From an uncultured archaeon (GTDB lineage: Archaea > Aenigmatarchaeota > Aenigmatarchaeia > QMZP01 > JAFGSV01): 64,000 bases of DNA. The notes under the pieces were generated by a model. It was not told the origin of the DNA. It saw only the letters and a program-made list of their open reading frames with translations, and made no database searches. A program made the position numbers and the translations under genes. How positions within the stretch are numbered: position 1 is the first letter of the stretch; each line of letters starts with the position of its first letter. Below are positions 1 to 12,000 of the stretch, piece after piece. The stretch lies in assembly GCA_964559215.1 (NCBI GenBank), contig CAZLFZ010000003.1:18779-82778 (forward strand), in the 5' to 3' direction.

Positions 1-3000
1 TCTAAATCACCATTAACATAGTAGTTACCCTTCCCTGCCGATTTCTTGTACCAGATTCTGAAGTCAAAGTAAGTGTTGGGAGAATACGTTTTTGTAGTGT
101 CCTCAAAAGCGGTCTGGTTAAGATATTTTATTTTGCCGTCAGAACAGAACAAGATAGTCAATCTTCTGTTATTCTGCTCGCCGAAATAGTTTGAGAAAAC
201 ATTTTTATCCGTTTGACTCGCATCCCCTTTGAATTCCACGACATAATCCCCATCCGGTTCCAACATTGTGTGATGAACCTGCTTCCAGTATGCCCCGGTA
301 GATGACCCAGAACTTATTTTCAACTGGTTATTTTCAACACTTGAATATGCCTCATAACCACCATCTTCTATCCAGTCATTTCCAACTGTGGCATTGTCAG
401 GTCTTTTGAAATCGTCGCCGAAAACGAATGTCCCGCTTATGTTGCTCTCGCTGGCAGCATCTGGATTTCCATAGTACATGTAAATCGAAAGGTTCGAATT
501 TTCCTGCAGCAGGGGAATTTTAACCCACACGGTTGTGTTGCCTTGGTTGCAGTCGTCGCCAATCCAATGATAAAGTCTTGTGTTTCCTCCCTTGCTTACC
601 GAATCATTGAAAAATACGAACCTGACATCACTACAGTCATTATTCATCCTGTTTCTTTGTATAAAATCAGTGGTGTTCAGGGTTATGTTCACCTGATAGT
701 CCGTCAGATTGCTTCCAGACTCTTCGGTTATGTTGATTTTTATCCTCCACTCCCAAGATTTGTTCCACCAATTTTGGGTATCGATGGAAACATACTGATT
801 CGGGCCATAGATTGTTTCTTCGGTCTGCAAGTCGATACTCGCATTCACCCTCAGATAAAACTCCTCAGGCGAACCCGAAGTCTCGTTAGCGAAATCCATC
901 GTATTGTTCGCCCAAATCCAGTACGAATAATCACCCCAGTCCCATATGCTCTCAAACACACCTGAATAGATATTCCCTGATCCGGAATAATCCAAGTCCA
1001 GCCATGTCCAGGTGCCGTTGGGGTATGTGACGTTCGCCCTGACCGTGTCTATCTCGACCCTTGACCAGACATCCGCAGATATTGTTACGTTCTGAGCATA
1101 ACCTTGAATTTGTGGTATCGCAACAACATTATCTATGGTAATCTCGTCTTGGACACTTACACTTACAGAATCATTCTGTTTCGAATTGGTATATACCAAA
1201 TCAGAGCCAGCATAACTAGCATTAACCGTGTTGGAGCCAATGTTAGCATCGTAAGGAATCATAGTGTGCAGAGCAGCATAACCACTACTATTCGTATCGT
1301 CAGAACCCAACACATTCCCATTTAACTTAAACGTTATCGATTCGCCTGTCACGGGGGAGGAATTGTCGTACAAAAGCCTTGCCTGGATTAGGATAGATCC
1401 GTTCCTGTACGGGTTCGTATCGTTGACCAGAACAATAGGTATCGATGTGTTTGCATAAACCGTTACACTTTTTGTGTCCCAGTCAGCTTCTTCTTCCTCG
1501 GACTCCGATCTCAGCTCTATTTCCTTTTGTCCAAGTCCCGCATCGTAAGACAGGTTCGCAGTTATGTTATTCCACAACAGACAGCCTGCACATAAAGTCT
1601 CATTGGAAATATTCATATCTCCCGTTATGTTCGTCCATTCAGGCGGAAGGGTCCAGTTAAGGGTTACGTTGTTCGTAATCTCCTCTCCTGTGTTGTTAAC
1701 ATAACCCTTTAACACATAACTCTGACCTCTCGTAACCTTTACAGAATACGCACTTATGTTAACGCTTAGCTTGGTCGGTCCCCTCACGCTTAGTATCTGG
1801 TTTTGCTGTTCGGCTAAAGACCTTTCCTCAAGACCGGGATTTGTATAGTTGACTGTGGCGGTGATGTCATACTCACCGGGCACGGTCGAGGAATTCGTTG
1901 TAATGTTGAAGGACGCTGTTTTATTCTCGGTGCTTGAGACATTGCCCAAATAACAATAACCTATCTGGTTTAGTTGCCCTGCCAAGGAGCAGTTACAGGT
2001 CATATTCACATCACAGCCAATCGTAACATTCACAGAAGTCATGTTGAGCGACCAGGGATTGACTATCGTTATATTGTAAACGGCTGACTGGTTCTGCTGT
2101 ACTTTACTTGGAGATATAACCGAGGACAGATTATCAGGTACATGGTGAATGATGAACGTGCTCGTTGCATTGTAATTGGGCGGAGAGCCGCCGCCGGACC
2201 AGTTAATCGTCACATTCCAGGTATATGTCCCTGGGTCAGCACCTGTCTGTATGGTGTCCTGAGCAAACTGGACTTCACAAGTCTCCCCCACAGACAGCGA
2301 ACCGCATAAGATTGACTGCTCATCAAACCATGCCGCCAGATCATTCTGCGGATCCAGCAAATTCAAGGTCACGTTCACATCATAAGCCGTGGATCCACCA
2401 GTGTTGTTGACCGTAACGTTGGCCCAGTCAATCGTATCCCCAGTCTCGTACTCATTGACAGAATTATCATACTCGTTCTCATGCTCCAGCTCAGTCACGT
2501 TCAAATCAGGGACGAGTATGGTCAAGGTAGTATACGCATTGTCAACCGAGCTCGCGCTGTAATACAAACTCGAATTGTCACCTATGGTGCAGTTGACCGT
2601 GTGCATCCCACCATCGACATCGCTCGTGTTCCACTCATAAACGGCATAACCGCTCTGGTTCGTGTAATTCGCACCGAGCTGCCCACCCTCGTGCCAGAAC
2701 ATGACAGAATAATCCTCAATTCCCGTCGAATAATTCGCATCACCGACCAGACATGTCAGGTTGATGACAGAACCCCTGGGACAGCTCCCGTCGTCAGGAT
2801 CAATCCAGGTCACGTTAGACCATCCGTAAACATCCCATGTAACCACAGAACCGTTATCCACATTAGCAGAAGAATCGTTCGCATAAACCGTTACGTTGTA
2901 GGTGCCCCTCTCCGTCGATTTATAGGTCAAATTATACGTATCACCAGACAGTAAAGTCAATGACCTGTTATCATCAAAACCACCACTTGGCATACCAATA

Positions 3001-6000
3001 TAAGCCCAGCTGGCATTCACACCGCCAGAATTGTCCGTTATATCAGCCGTTATGTTAACAGTCTGGTTTATGTTAATCAAGTCAGGGGTCACATCCTCGT
3101 TGGAGATCACAGGTGGGGTCACGTCCTGAATGTTTACGTATTTCATATCCGTCGTGTTGGAGTTCCCTTTCGTGTCATTCGCCACGAATCTGTATGCTAT
3201 GGTTTTCAGTTCAGCAGAACTTGGAATCTGCCTCGTTATGTTGCTCCAGTCAGGATTTCCAATGAACGAGCCAGAACCGTTCTGTTCCATAGACCCGGAA
3301 ACATTCCACTCAAAAACCCACGAATCCAGCTCACCGTTATCCGACCAGTTGCAGTAAAACTTGATCCATTCCAAAGGCTTAGGATTCGTGTTGTTTGCCC
3401 CCAGATTGTTCCATTCAGGTTCATCCCGGTCAATATAGAACGTATAATAACCCGAAATGTTATCTCCCGTATCATTTGTCAAAACATTTCCGTAAGGGTC
3501 TGTCAAAGTCACTAAAACGTTGTAATAGCCAGTCCCGTTTTTTGTTGTGTTCCACGGATTGGCATTCCAGACGCTTGCTATATCCAAAGTCTTACCGGCA
3601 CTCACATTCCTCTTCGTCTCTGTCTGAGCATCATCCACCTGCGTCGCGATAATCTCCCCAGTATCATTGACCTGTACCTGCATCAGGAAGTAAAGAGAAA
3701 TGTTCGTAGTCCCTGTATTTTTCACAGACGCCGCCGATAAGTTGACTAACCCGTCATCACCATAAACCGAATATTCAGTAGTGAGGTTCACCGTGACGTT
3801 GGCCCTCACAGAAAACTGATAGTTCGACGAAGTTTCATTTGCATCCCCGAAATTGTCCTGAGCCCATATGGAATAGTTGTAATCCCCCCACTGCCATGTA
3901 TAGCTGAAATTACAAGCCCAGGTATCACCTTGTGTGTTCACCATATCCACTGAGGTAGTAGAACTGTTGGGGTAAATTATATTGATTTTGGCCTGAGCTA
4001 CACCTGCACTGTCCGTGATTGTTGCCGATATCGTCAAATTCTGGTCATAACCAATTATTTGCGGCGTTGCCGTCACATCTGCAATATCAGGTCCTTCCAC
4101 CTCAATTCTGAATACATCACTTCCGTTAATAAAACCACCACTGTCGTTTTTCAGAACAGCTCCATCCAACCCTCTGAAGGCGGTGTAAACCCTGTAATAT
4201 CCGGTTGTGTTTCCGGTGGTATTCCAAGGGTCAGAATTCCAGATGTTGACAAGATTCAAACTATCACCTGCATTTATAGTTCTGGTAAATGTTTCATCCG
4301 CAACTACGCCTATGACCTCCCAATACCCACTTCCATTGCCCTCCACCTGCATCAACAAATACCCGGAGATGTTTAACGACCCCGTGTTTCTTATGCTGTT
4401 CCCAGCAATCTCCTCGCTCATGTTCGAAACCGTAGGATATGTGCTTAAAAACTGCCGACCGTATATCTCTACAGGTCCGGCAAATACCATCCAGCCGACG
4501 GTTTCATCTGCACCACCCTTTTCAGTACCAGAGCATGGATCTTCCTCCACTCCGAAATCTACAGAGCTTGTGGTCGGGTTGTTATATCTAATATAAGCAT
4601 TATCCCCACCTCCTACGGTTTGCATATTGGCTATGAGAACAGGTGGGTTGGTTACGGGGATCGAGAATGTCTGGGTTGCCCAGGGGCATTCATAAGGCGA
4701 TGCACAGTAATCAATATATCTGTCAGCTACTGTTGTTCCAAAATTGTAATCAACACCATTAACAGAACCGTTTCCAGGCTCGACTGCGATCCACCCAACC
4801 ATTTCGGGGCCATGGATATCTGACTGGCCCTCGTCCTCGTTGTGGGAAATCCGGAAGCTGCTTGAAGTTACGTCCATCATCCTTGTTTTATCATAGTCTG
4901 AATCGTCATAGCCCATTGTCTGTGAGACGACGACAGGCGCAGAAGAAAAGCTCATTCTGTACGATATAAGGTCATAAGCAGCGGGGTCAGCAGTATTATC
5001 ACCACCTATAGCCCTCCCGGTGGTTGTAGAGGTGGAATAATTACCCGCCTCTAATTTACGTCCGTCCGACAACACCCATGAGCCGTTCTCGACGACTATG
5101 TAGCTTATATTCTCGTCTGGGTGCACGTCGTCTCTGCAACCTCCCTCATTTGGCTCCTGCAACTTGAATTCAAACCCGTCCGAAGACACATTTGTTACCC
5201 TGCCAACAACTTCCTCATCCTGATTGGCATCGAAGTCGGCCGGACCGTGAACCACAACCGGTGTGGTATAGCTGTGTTTCAGACTAATTGTATGCCACGT
5301 CGTGTTGACCTTTGTTACGTTGGCCTCGCCAATGACTTTCCATGCGGCTGTGAAGTTGCTTTTGTTCTCAGCGTCAAGATTGCCGTAATACATGTAAATC
5401 GTCTGATTTGACAAAGCATCGAGTGATGGTATTTTTACCCATATTGAGGTATTGGTGTCATTGCAATCCGATTCGAGCCAGAATGGCAGCTCATCTCCGG
5501 TTGAGTTTGTAAATCTGATGTCGCTACATGAACCGTTCATCTTGCCCTGTGAAATCAGGTCTTTTGTATTGACGGAAATGTTCAATGCATACTCGACCAA
5601 GTCTGCACCCGAATTTTCGCTTATGTTAAACGGCATCCTGTAAGGCCAGTCTAAATCCAACCAAGTTTGATTGTCGAGCAAAACATTTTGGTTTGAACCA
5701 TAAAGATATTTTTCTGTCTGGACACCAACGCTCGCATTAGCCCTGAGATAAAAGGTCTCAGGCGAACTTGACGTATCGTTCCCAAAATCCACCGTGTTGT
5801 TTGCCCAGATCCAGTACGAGTAATCCCCCCAGTCCCAGATCCCAGCAAAAACACCGGAGTAGGAATTCCCGGACCCCGAGTAACCCATATCAACCCAGGT
5901 CCAGGAACCATTGGGATATGTCACGTTCGCCCTCACGATACCTATCTCAATCCTTGACCACACATCCGCAGATATGGTCACGTTCTGGCCATAACCCTGA

Positions 6001-9000
6001 ATCTGAGGCGTCGCAGCGACGTTGCCTATGCTGATATCATCCTGTACGCTGGCAACGAGAGAATCGTTGTATCTGGGATTCGTATAGATCGAACCAGAGC
6101 CTGCATAGGTTGCATTTACCTTTTTTGAGCCAAGGCCCGCATCGTACGGAACAGTAGCATAAAGAACAGCATAACCGGTGCTGTTCGTGGAGTTGGAGCC
6201 GAGCACGGTATCATTCAGCTTGAACATTATAGACTCCCCTGTGACGGGACTCGAGTTGTCATACAAAAGCCTTGCCATAATCTTGACAGAACTATTCCTG
6301 TAAGGATTGGTGTCATTCACCCAAACCTCGGGTATCGACGTGTTCGCATAAACGGTCACGGTTTCCGTTTTCCAGTCAGGCTCCTCTTCCTCAGACCCCG
6401 CTCTCAGTTCTATTTTCTGCTCACCAAGTTCAGCATCATAAGAAAGATTGGCGGTTATGTTGTTCCACAGCAAACAATCAGCACACAACGTTTCGTTCGA
6501 AACGTTCATATCCCCTGTTATATTCGTCCACTCAGGGGGCAGGGTCCAGTTAAGAGTCACCTGATTCGTGACCTGCGTCCCCGTGTTGTTCACATAACCC
6601 CTCAGACCCGTCGCAGAACCCCTCGTCACCTTTACCGAAAAGACCGTTACATTGACCCTCAATTTCGTCGGCCCTCTGACACTCAGTATCTGATTTTCCT
6701 GCTCAGTCCACGACCTCAACTCAAGTCCGGGATTCGTATAATTAACATTTGCATTGATGTCGTACTCCCCAGGCACGGTTGACGAATTCGTCGTGACATT
6801 GAACGATACCGTTTCATTTCCGCCATCAGAAACATTCCCCAGATAACAATAATTCAACTGATCCGTCTGTCCCGCCAACGAACAGTTGCAGGTCATATTC
6901 GAATGACAGCCAATCGTAACATTCACAGAGGTCACGTTCAGCGACCAGGGATTGACTATCGTTATATTGTAAATCACCGACTGCTTCTGCAGAATCTTGG
7001 TCGGAGATAATGATGAAGACAGATTATCAGGCACGTGATGTACAAAGAATGTGCTTGACGTGTTGTAATTTGGGGGACTGCCACCGCCAGACCAGTTAAT
7101 CGTAACGTTCCATGTATAAGTCCCGGGATCAGCACTTTCGAGTATCGTGTCACCCGAAAACTGAACCTCGCACACCTCCGAAACAGACAGCGAACCGCAC
7201 TCCTCAACCTGCTCGTCAAACCAGGTTGCCAAATCCCCAGCCGGATCCAGCAAATTCAAGGTCACGTTAACCTCGTAAGCGGTCGATCCTCCCGTATTGT
7301 TTACCGTAACGTTCACCCAGTCGATAGTATCCCCTGTCTCGTACTCATTCACAGAATGGTCATGCTCGTTCTCATGTTCGAGTACCGTCACGTTCAAATC
7401 AGGCACAAGCACCGTCACACTAGTGTACGCATTGTCAACCGCCGAAGCGTTGTAATACAAACTCGAATTGTCACCTATGGTGCAGTTGACCGTATGCAAC
7501 CCACCATCGACATTACTCGTGTTCCACTCGTACAAGGCATAACCGCTCTGGTTCGTGTAATTCGCTCCAAGTTGGCCGCCCTCATGCCAGAATGTGACAT
7601 AATAATCCGAAATCGCACCTGAGTAATTCGCATCCTCAACCAGGCAAATCAGGTTTATGACGCTCCCCCTTGGATAGCTTCCATCATCGGGATCAATCCA
7701 GCTCACGTTTGACCATCCATAGACATCCCAAAACACAACGGAACCATTATCAGCATTCCCTGACGAATCATTCGCATAAACCGTAGCGTTATACGTTCCC
7801 CTCTCCGTCGACTTATAGCTCAAGTTATACGTGTTCCCCGACAATAGGGTCATGGTCTCATTCTCATAACCGTCTCCAGGCACCCCTATGTACATCCAGC
7901 TCGTATTCACCGCCCCCGAATTATCCGTCACATCGGCCGTTATGTCAACACTCTGATTTATGTTGATCATACCAGGACTGACATACTCGTTCGATATCAC
8001 CGGGGGCGTCACGTCCTGCACATCGATATACTTCGTATCGGTCGTGTTATCATTGCCCTCGGTATCATTGGCGACGAACCTGTAAGCAATCGTGCGTATC
8101 TCCATCGAGCTCGGGATCTGCCTCGTTATGTTGCTCCAGTCAGGATTTCCAATGAACGAGCCAGAACCGTTCTGTTCCATAGACCCGGAAACATTCCACT
8201 CAAAAACCCACGAATCCAGCTCACCGTTATCCGACCAGTTGCAGTAAAATTCGACAAATTCCAAGGGCTTCGGATTGGTGTTGTTCGCTCCCAGATTATT
8301 CCATTCAGGCTCAGCCCTGTCGATGTATAAAGTATAATAACCCGTTATGTTATCTCCCGTATCATTTACCAGAACATTCCCGTCCAGATCAGTCAGGACA
8401 ACCAAAACGTTGTAATAACCCGTGCCATAATCATCGGTGTTCCAAGGATTCGCATTCCAGATGGGGCCCAACTCCAAATAACCCCCGGTGCTCACGTTCC
8501 TCATCGTCTGGGTTTGACTGTCATTCACTTGGGTCGCAATTACTTCCCCAGTATCGTTATCCGTAACCTGCATCAGCAGGTATCCAGAGGTATCAGTCGT
8601 ACCTTCATTATCAACAAGATTTGTAAGTTCTTCTTCACCTAGATTCATAACGGATGGAGCCTGTTCCACATATTTTCTCCCGTAGATTGTTGAAGTGTTA
8701 TCTATAGCAAACCAGCCAACGGGCTCTATTCCGTGACCTCCCGTGAAATCTGGGGTTTCCTCTATGGTTATATCGAATTGTGCAGTGCCAACATCCTTCA
8801 TTCTTGTGTTCGAATTATCTGTATAACCGTTTTCGTTCATCATCGCCCCTATCATACCGGGAGTATCACCAAAATTATTTGTGAACGACAGGGTCAGCCA
8901 TGCAGGCGAACTTCCAAGATCCGGCCCACAATCGTCCCAGCCGGTTTCAAAGTAAACACCATTTGTATAGGTTGTATTGGCAACGCCTTCTTCAATCGCC

Positions 9001-12000
9001 AAATAACCGATAGTTTCATAAGTATGGGAGCCGCTATCATTTGCTTCCTCAACCCTTATCTCCATGCTTGAAGATGTGGGGTTGTTTTGCCTGGTGTGGG
9101 CTCCTGCTTCAGCAGTCCCTGAATCACCCCCCTCGTTGTAGGATTGTATATCCGATATAACAGCTGGCGTGGAGCCGAAATCAAATCCAAAGTTTACCGT
9201 TTTATAGTTACTGTCTATTGAATCGGTTCCAACATCAGCCCTTAAATTTCCTATTATCCAACTCCCATTTTTTAAGGCAACCCACCCAAAGATCTCTGTT
9301 CCATGCGGACCATCCAAATTGTGGTATTCTTCCACCCTGACATCAAAACCACCTTTTCTGGTTGCGTTTATCCTTGCAGACATTTTCGCGTTGTCATTAT
9401 AAGTCATGGCATCAGCAAAAACCACAGGCGCTTCGGAATACATATAATTGAAATTAACAGTTTTCCAGTTATGATCGGTATCAATCGTTCCGGCCTCACC
9501 AACGATTTCGTATGTTGAACTGATGTTGCTTTTACTTCCCGCCTGCTTGTAACCATAATACATGTAAATAGTCTGTTTTGCTGAACCCTGCAGTAATGGT
9601 AGTTTGACCCACACCTTCGTATCGGTTGTGTTGCAACCCGATTCCAGCCAGAATGATAACTCGTCATTACTTGAATTTACAAATCTTATGTCGTTACAAG
9701 AGCCGTTCATTTTCCCCTGAGAAATCAAAGACTTTGTGTCGACAGAGATGTTTACCTGATAATTTGTAAGGTTGACTCCGAGATTTTCGGAAATGTTTAT
9801 CGGCATCCTGTAAGGCCAAGATTTGTTCATCCAGCCTGCCCATTCCGTGAGATATACATTTTTATTCGCACTATAAGTTTCTTTTTCTGTGTTTACCAGC
9901 ACAGTTGCGTTCACCCTTATTGAGAAATTTTCTGGATTATCAGAACTTGAGACTGGGAGTGCCGATGTGTCTTCTGCCTGCACAAAATACGAATACTTTC
10001 CCCATTGCCATGTATCGTTGAAATCCAGCTCCCAGATGTCACCCGACTTGTAGCCCATATTAAGAAGGACCGAGGAATTGTTTGGAAAAGTTACATTTGT
10101 TTTGACACTGCCCGAATCCACACCTACATTATCAGTAATATTCGTGGCTATGGTCACGGTTTGTCCATAACCAGTTATATTGGGTGTCGCGTTGAACCAA
10201 TTTATTTGGGGCGGTTCGGCATCAATTTTCGACTGTACCGATATAGTTTTTATATCGGTTGCGTTTAGATTCCCCCGGGTGTCATTTGCGTAAAATCTGT
10301 ATCCAATGATTTTTCCAGCAGAGTACGCTGGAATTTGCAGCGTTTTGTTTGACCATTTTCCTGTACCAGAAAAGCTCTCTGCTGACTTGTTCTCCCAAGA
10401 ATCATCTACCGTAGCATTCCAGGAAAATATCCATGATGAGAGATTGTAATCATCCTCCCAGTAAGCGTAGAATTTAACATAATCGTCAATCGATGGGTTC
10501 GTTTCGTTGGCACCGACATTTGACCAGGCAGGTGCTGCCGGATCATAAACCGTGAGCAATCTCGGGGTCGAATTTGATTCGCCTGCGTTTGATGCATTGC
10601 ACTGAACCCTGAAGTAATAGTTGCCTGTTACCGGAGCGGTTATGTTGAAATAATTCTCTGATGTCGTACTTGCTGTTATATTTCCTACAAAATAATAAGT
10701 AGCGTTCGAATAGATATCCTGTCCGCTTGTGGGCGTGTCGTTCCAAACTTCGGTGCGGTTGTCCTGCAGAATTATATAGACGTCCGTTGCGTTGGTGTCT
10801 CCGTCCACTTCTGAACAGTTTCCCTGAAAAAAGACGCTCTGGTTGAAAGCGATTGAAGGAAGACCGATGAAATCCCCTTCCGCAGTAAGGTTTGTCGGGT
10901 ATTCGATAGTCTCGTTCGAATAGATGAAACCGCTGCTTGAGTTGAAGAAAATCGCGAGCCACGGCTCGGCAATATGGCCCTGCTCAGCATCCCCGTTCTG
11001 ATCCTCTTCTGCGAGGAAATAACACATGTTGCTGCCGGCGTCATAATCCCCTGCTGGATACAGGCCGTTCCCCCCGTCTATCTCTGTGCTTGAACCGAAG
11101 CACGCCCCGTCAGCATAACTGGCAGAAAGGGTGACGTAATAGCTTCCGATATCGTACGGGTCGTTCTGGGAACCCAGGACACTGTCCGACTCCCAGCAGA
11201 GTTCGTATGTGTACGTGTCCGTCCCGTTACCCGTCTCATAAGTGTTGCACGCCTCGCTGTTGTAGTCGTCGTTTATTTCCCATGCAATGTAACCGCCTTC
11301 CTCATCCAGGGTATGCAATGCGCAGGGGTTGTAGCTCCCCTGGCACTCGAGGCCGTTAAGTCCTATCTCGACGCAGGAATTGTCCCATACGTTGGCCTGG
11401 GTGCCGCACTGGTGTATGTACCAGATTATGGTGTCGTCGTCGTCGGCTGTCTGGACCGAGGCCAGGACCGCCGGCCTGTAAGTCCACGAATACTGGAAAC
11501 TCCTTTCGTTCTGTACGTAATTCCAGCCGGAGGGGGTTCCCGCCCCGCTGCCGCAGTAGTCCTTGTCAAGCGTGAAATTCTGAACCTCGACCATCCTGGA
11601 ATTCCCTCCGTCATTGTCCGTTACATTGTGGATGCCCTTCTTCATTGCCATCCAGTACATGCCGACTCCCGTCGAGGGACAGTCATCGTCCTCGGTACCG
11701 GAGTCCCACGACTCCGCCCTGGCATAAAACCCTTCCTTGGTGACGTTCTTTATCCTCGTGGCGCACGGGTTGTCGTCATAGTTATAATCATATTCCACGT
11801 AGTGGACTACAACGGGAATACCATCAAACTCATTTTTGAATTTCACTTCAGTCCATGAACCTTGCTGCAAATCCGTTTCATGACCCCACTCACCAACAAT
11901 CTTCCTTTCTGTTGCCTTGTTGCGTGCATACGCGACATACTCGCCGAACCTGAATTCAAGGGTATGCACCCCAGGCGTCAGGACCTTGCTGATCTCATAG

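Noticed and set aside
2481-2954. Plus-strand ORFs inside 1-13736 (e.g. 2481-2954, 7356-7622, 11313-11858, 12066-12765, 14176-14511 neighbourhood)
   Set aside because: They are antisense to a continuously open minus-strand frame with strong paralog support. Their translations are repetitive because of the underlying super-repeats, not because they are genes.
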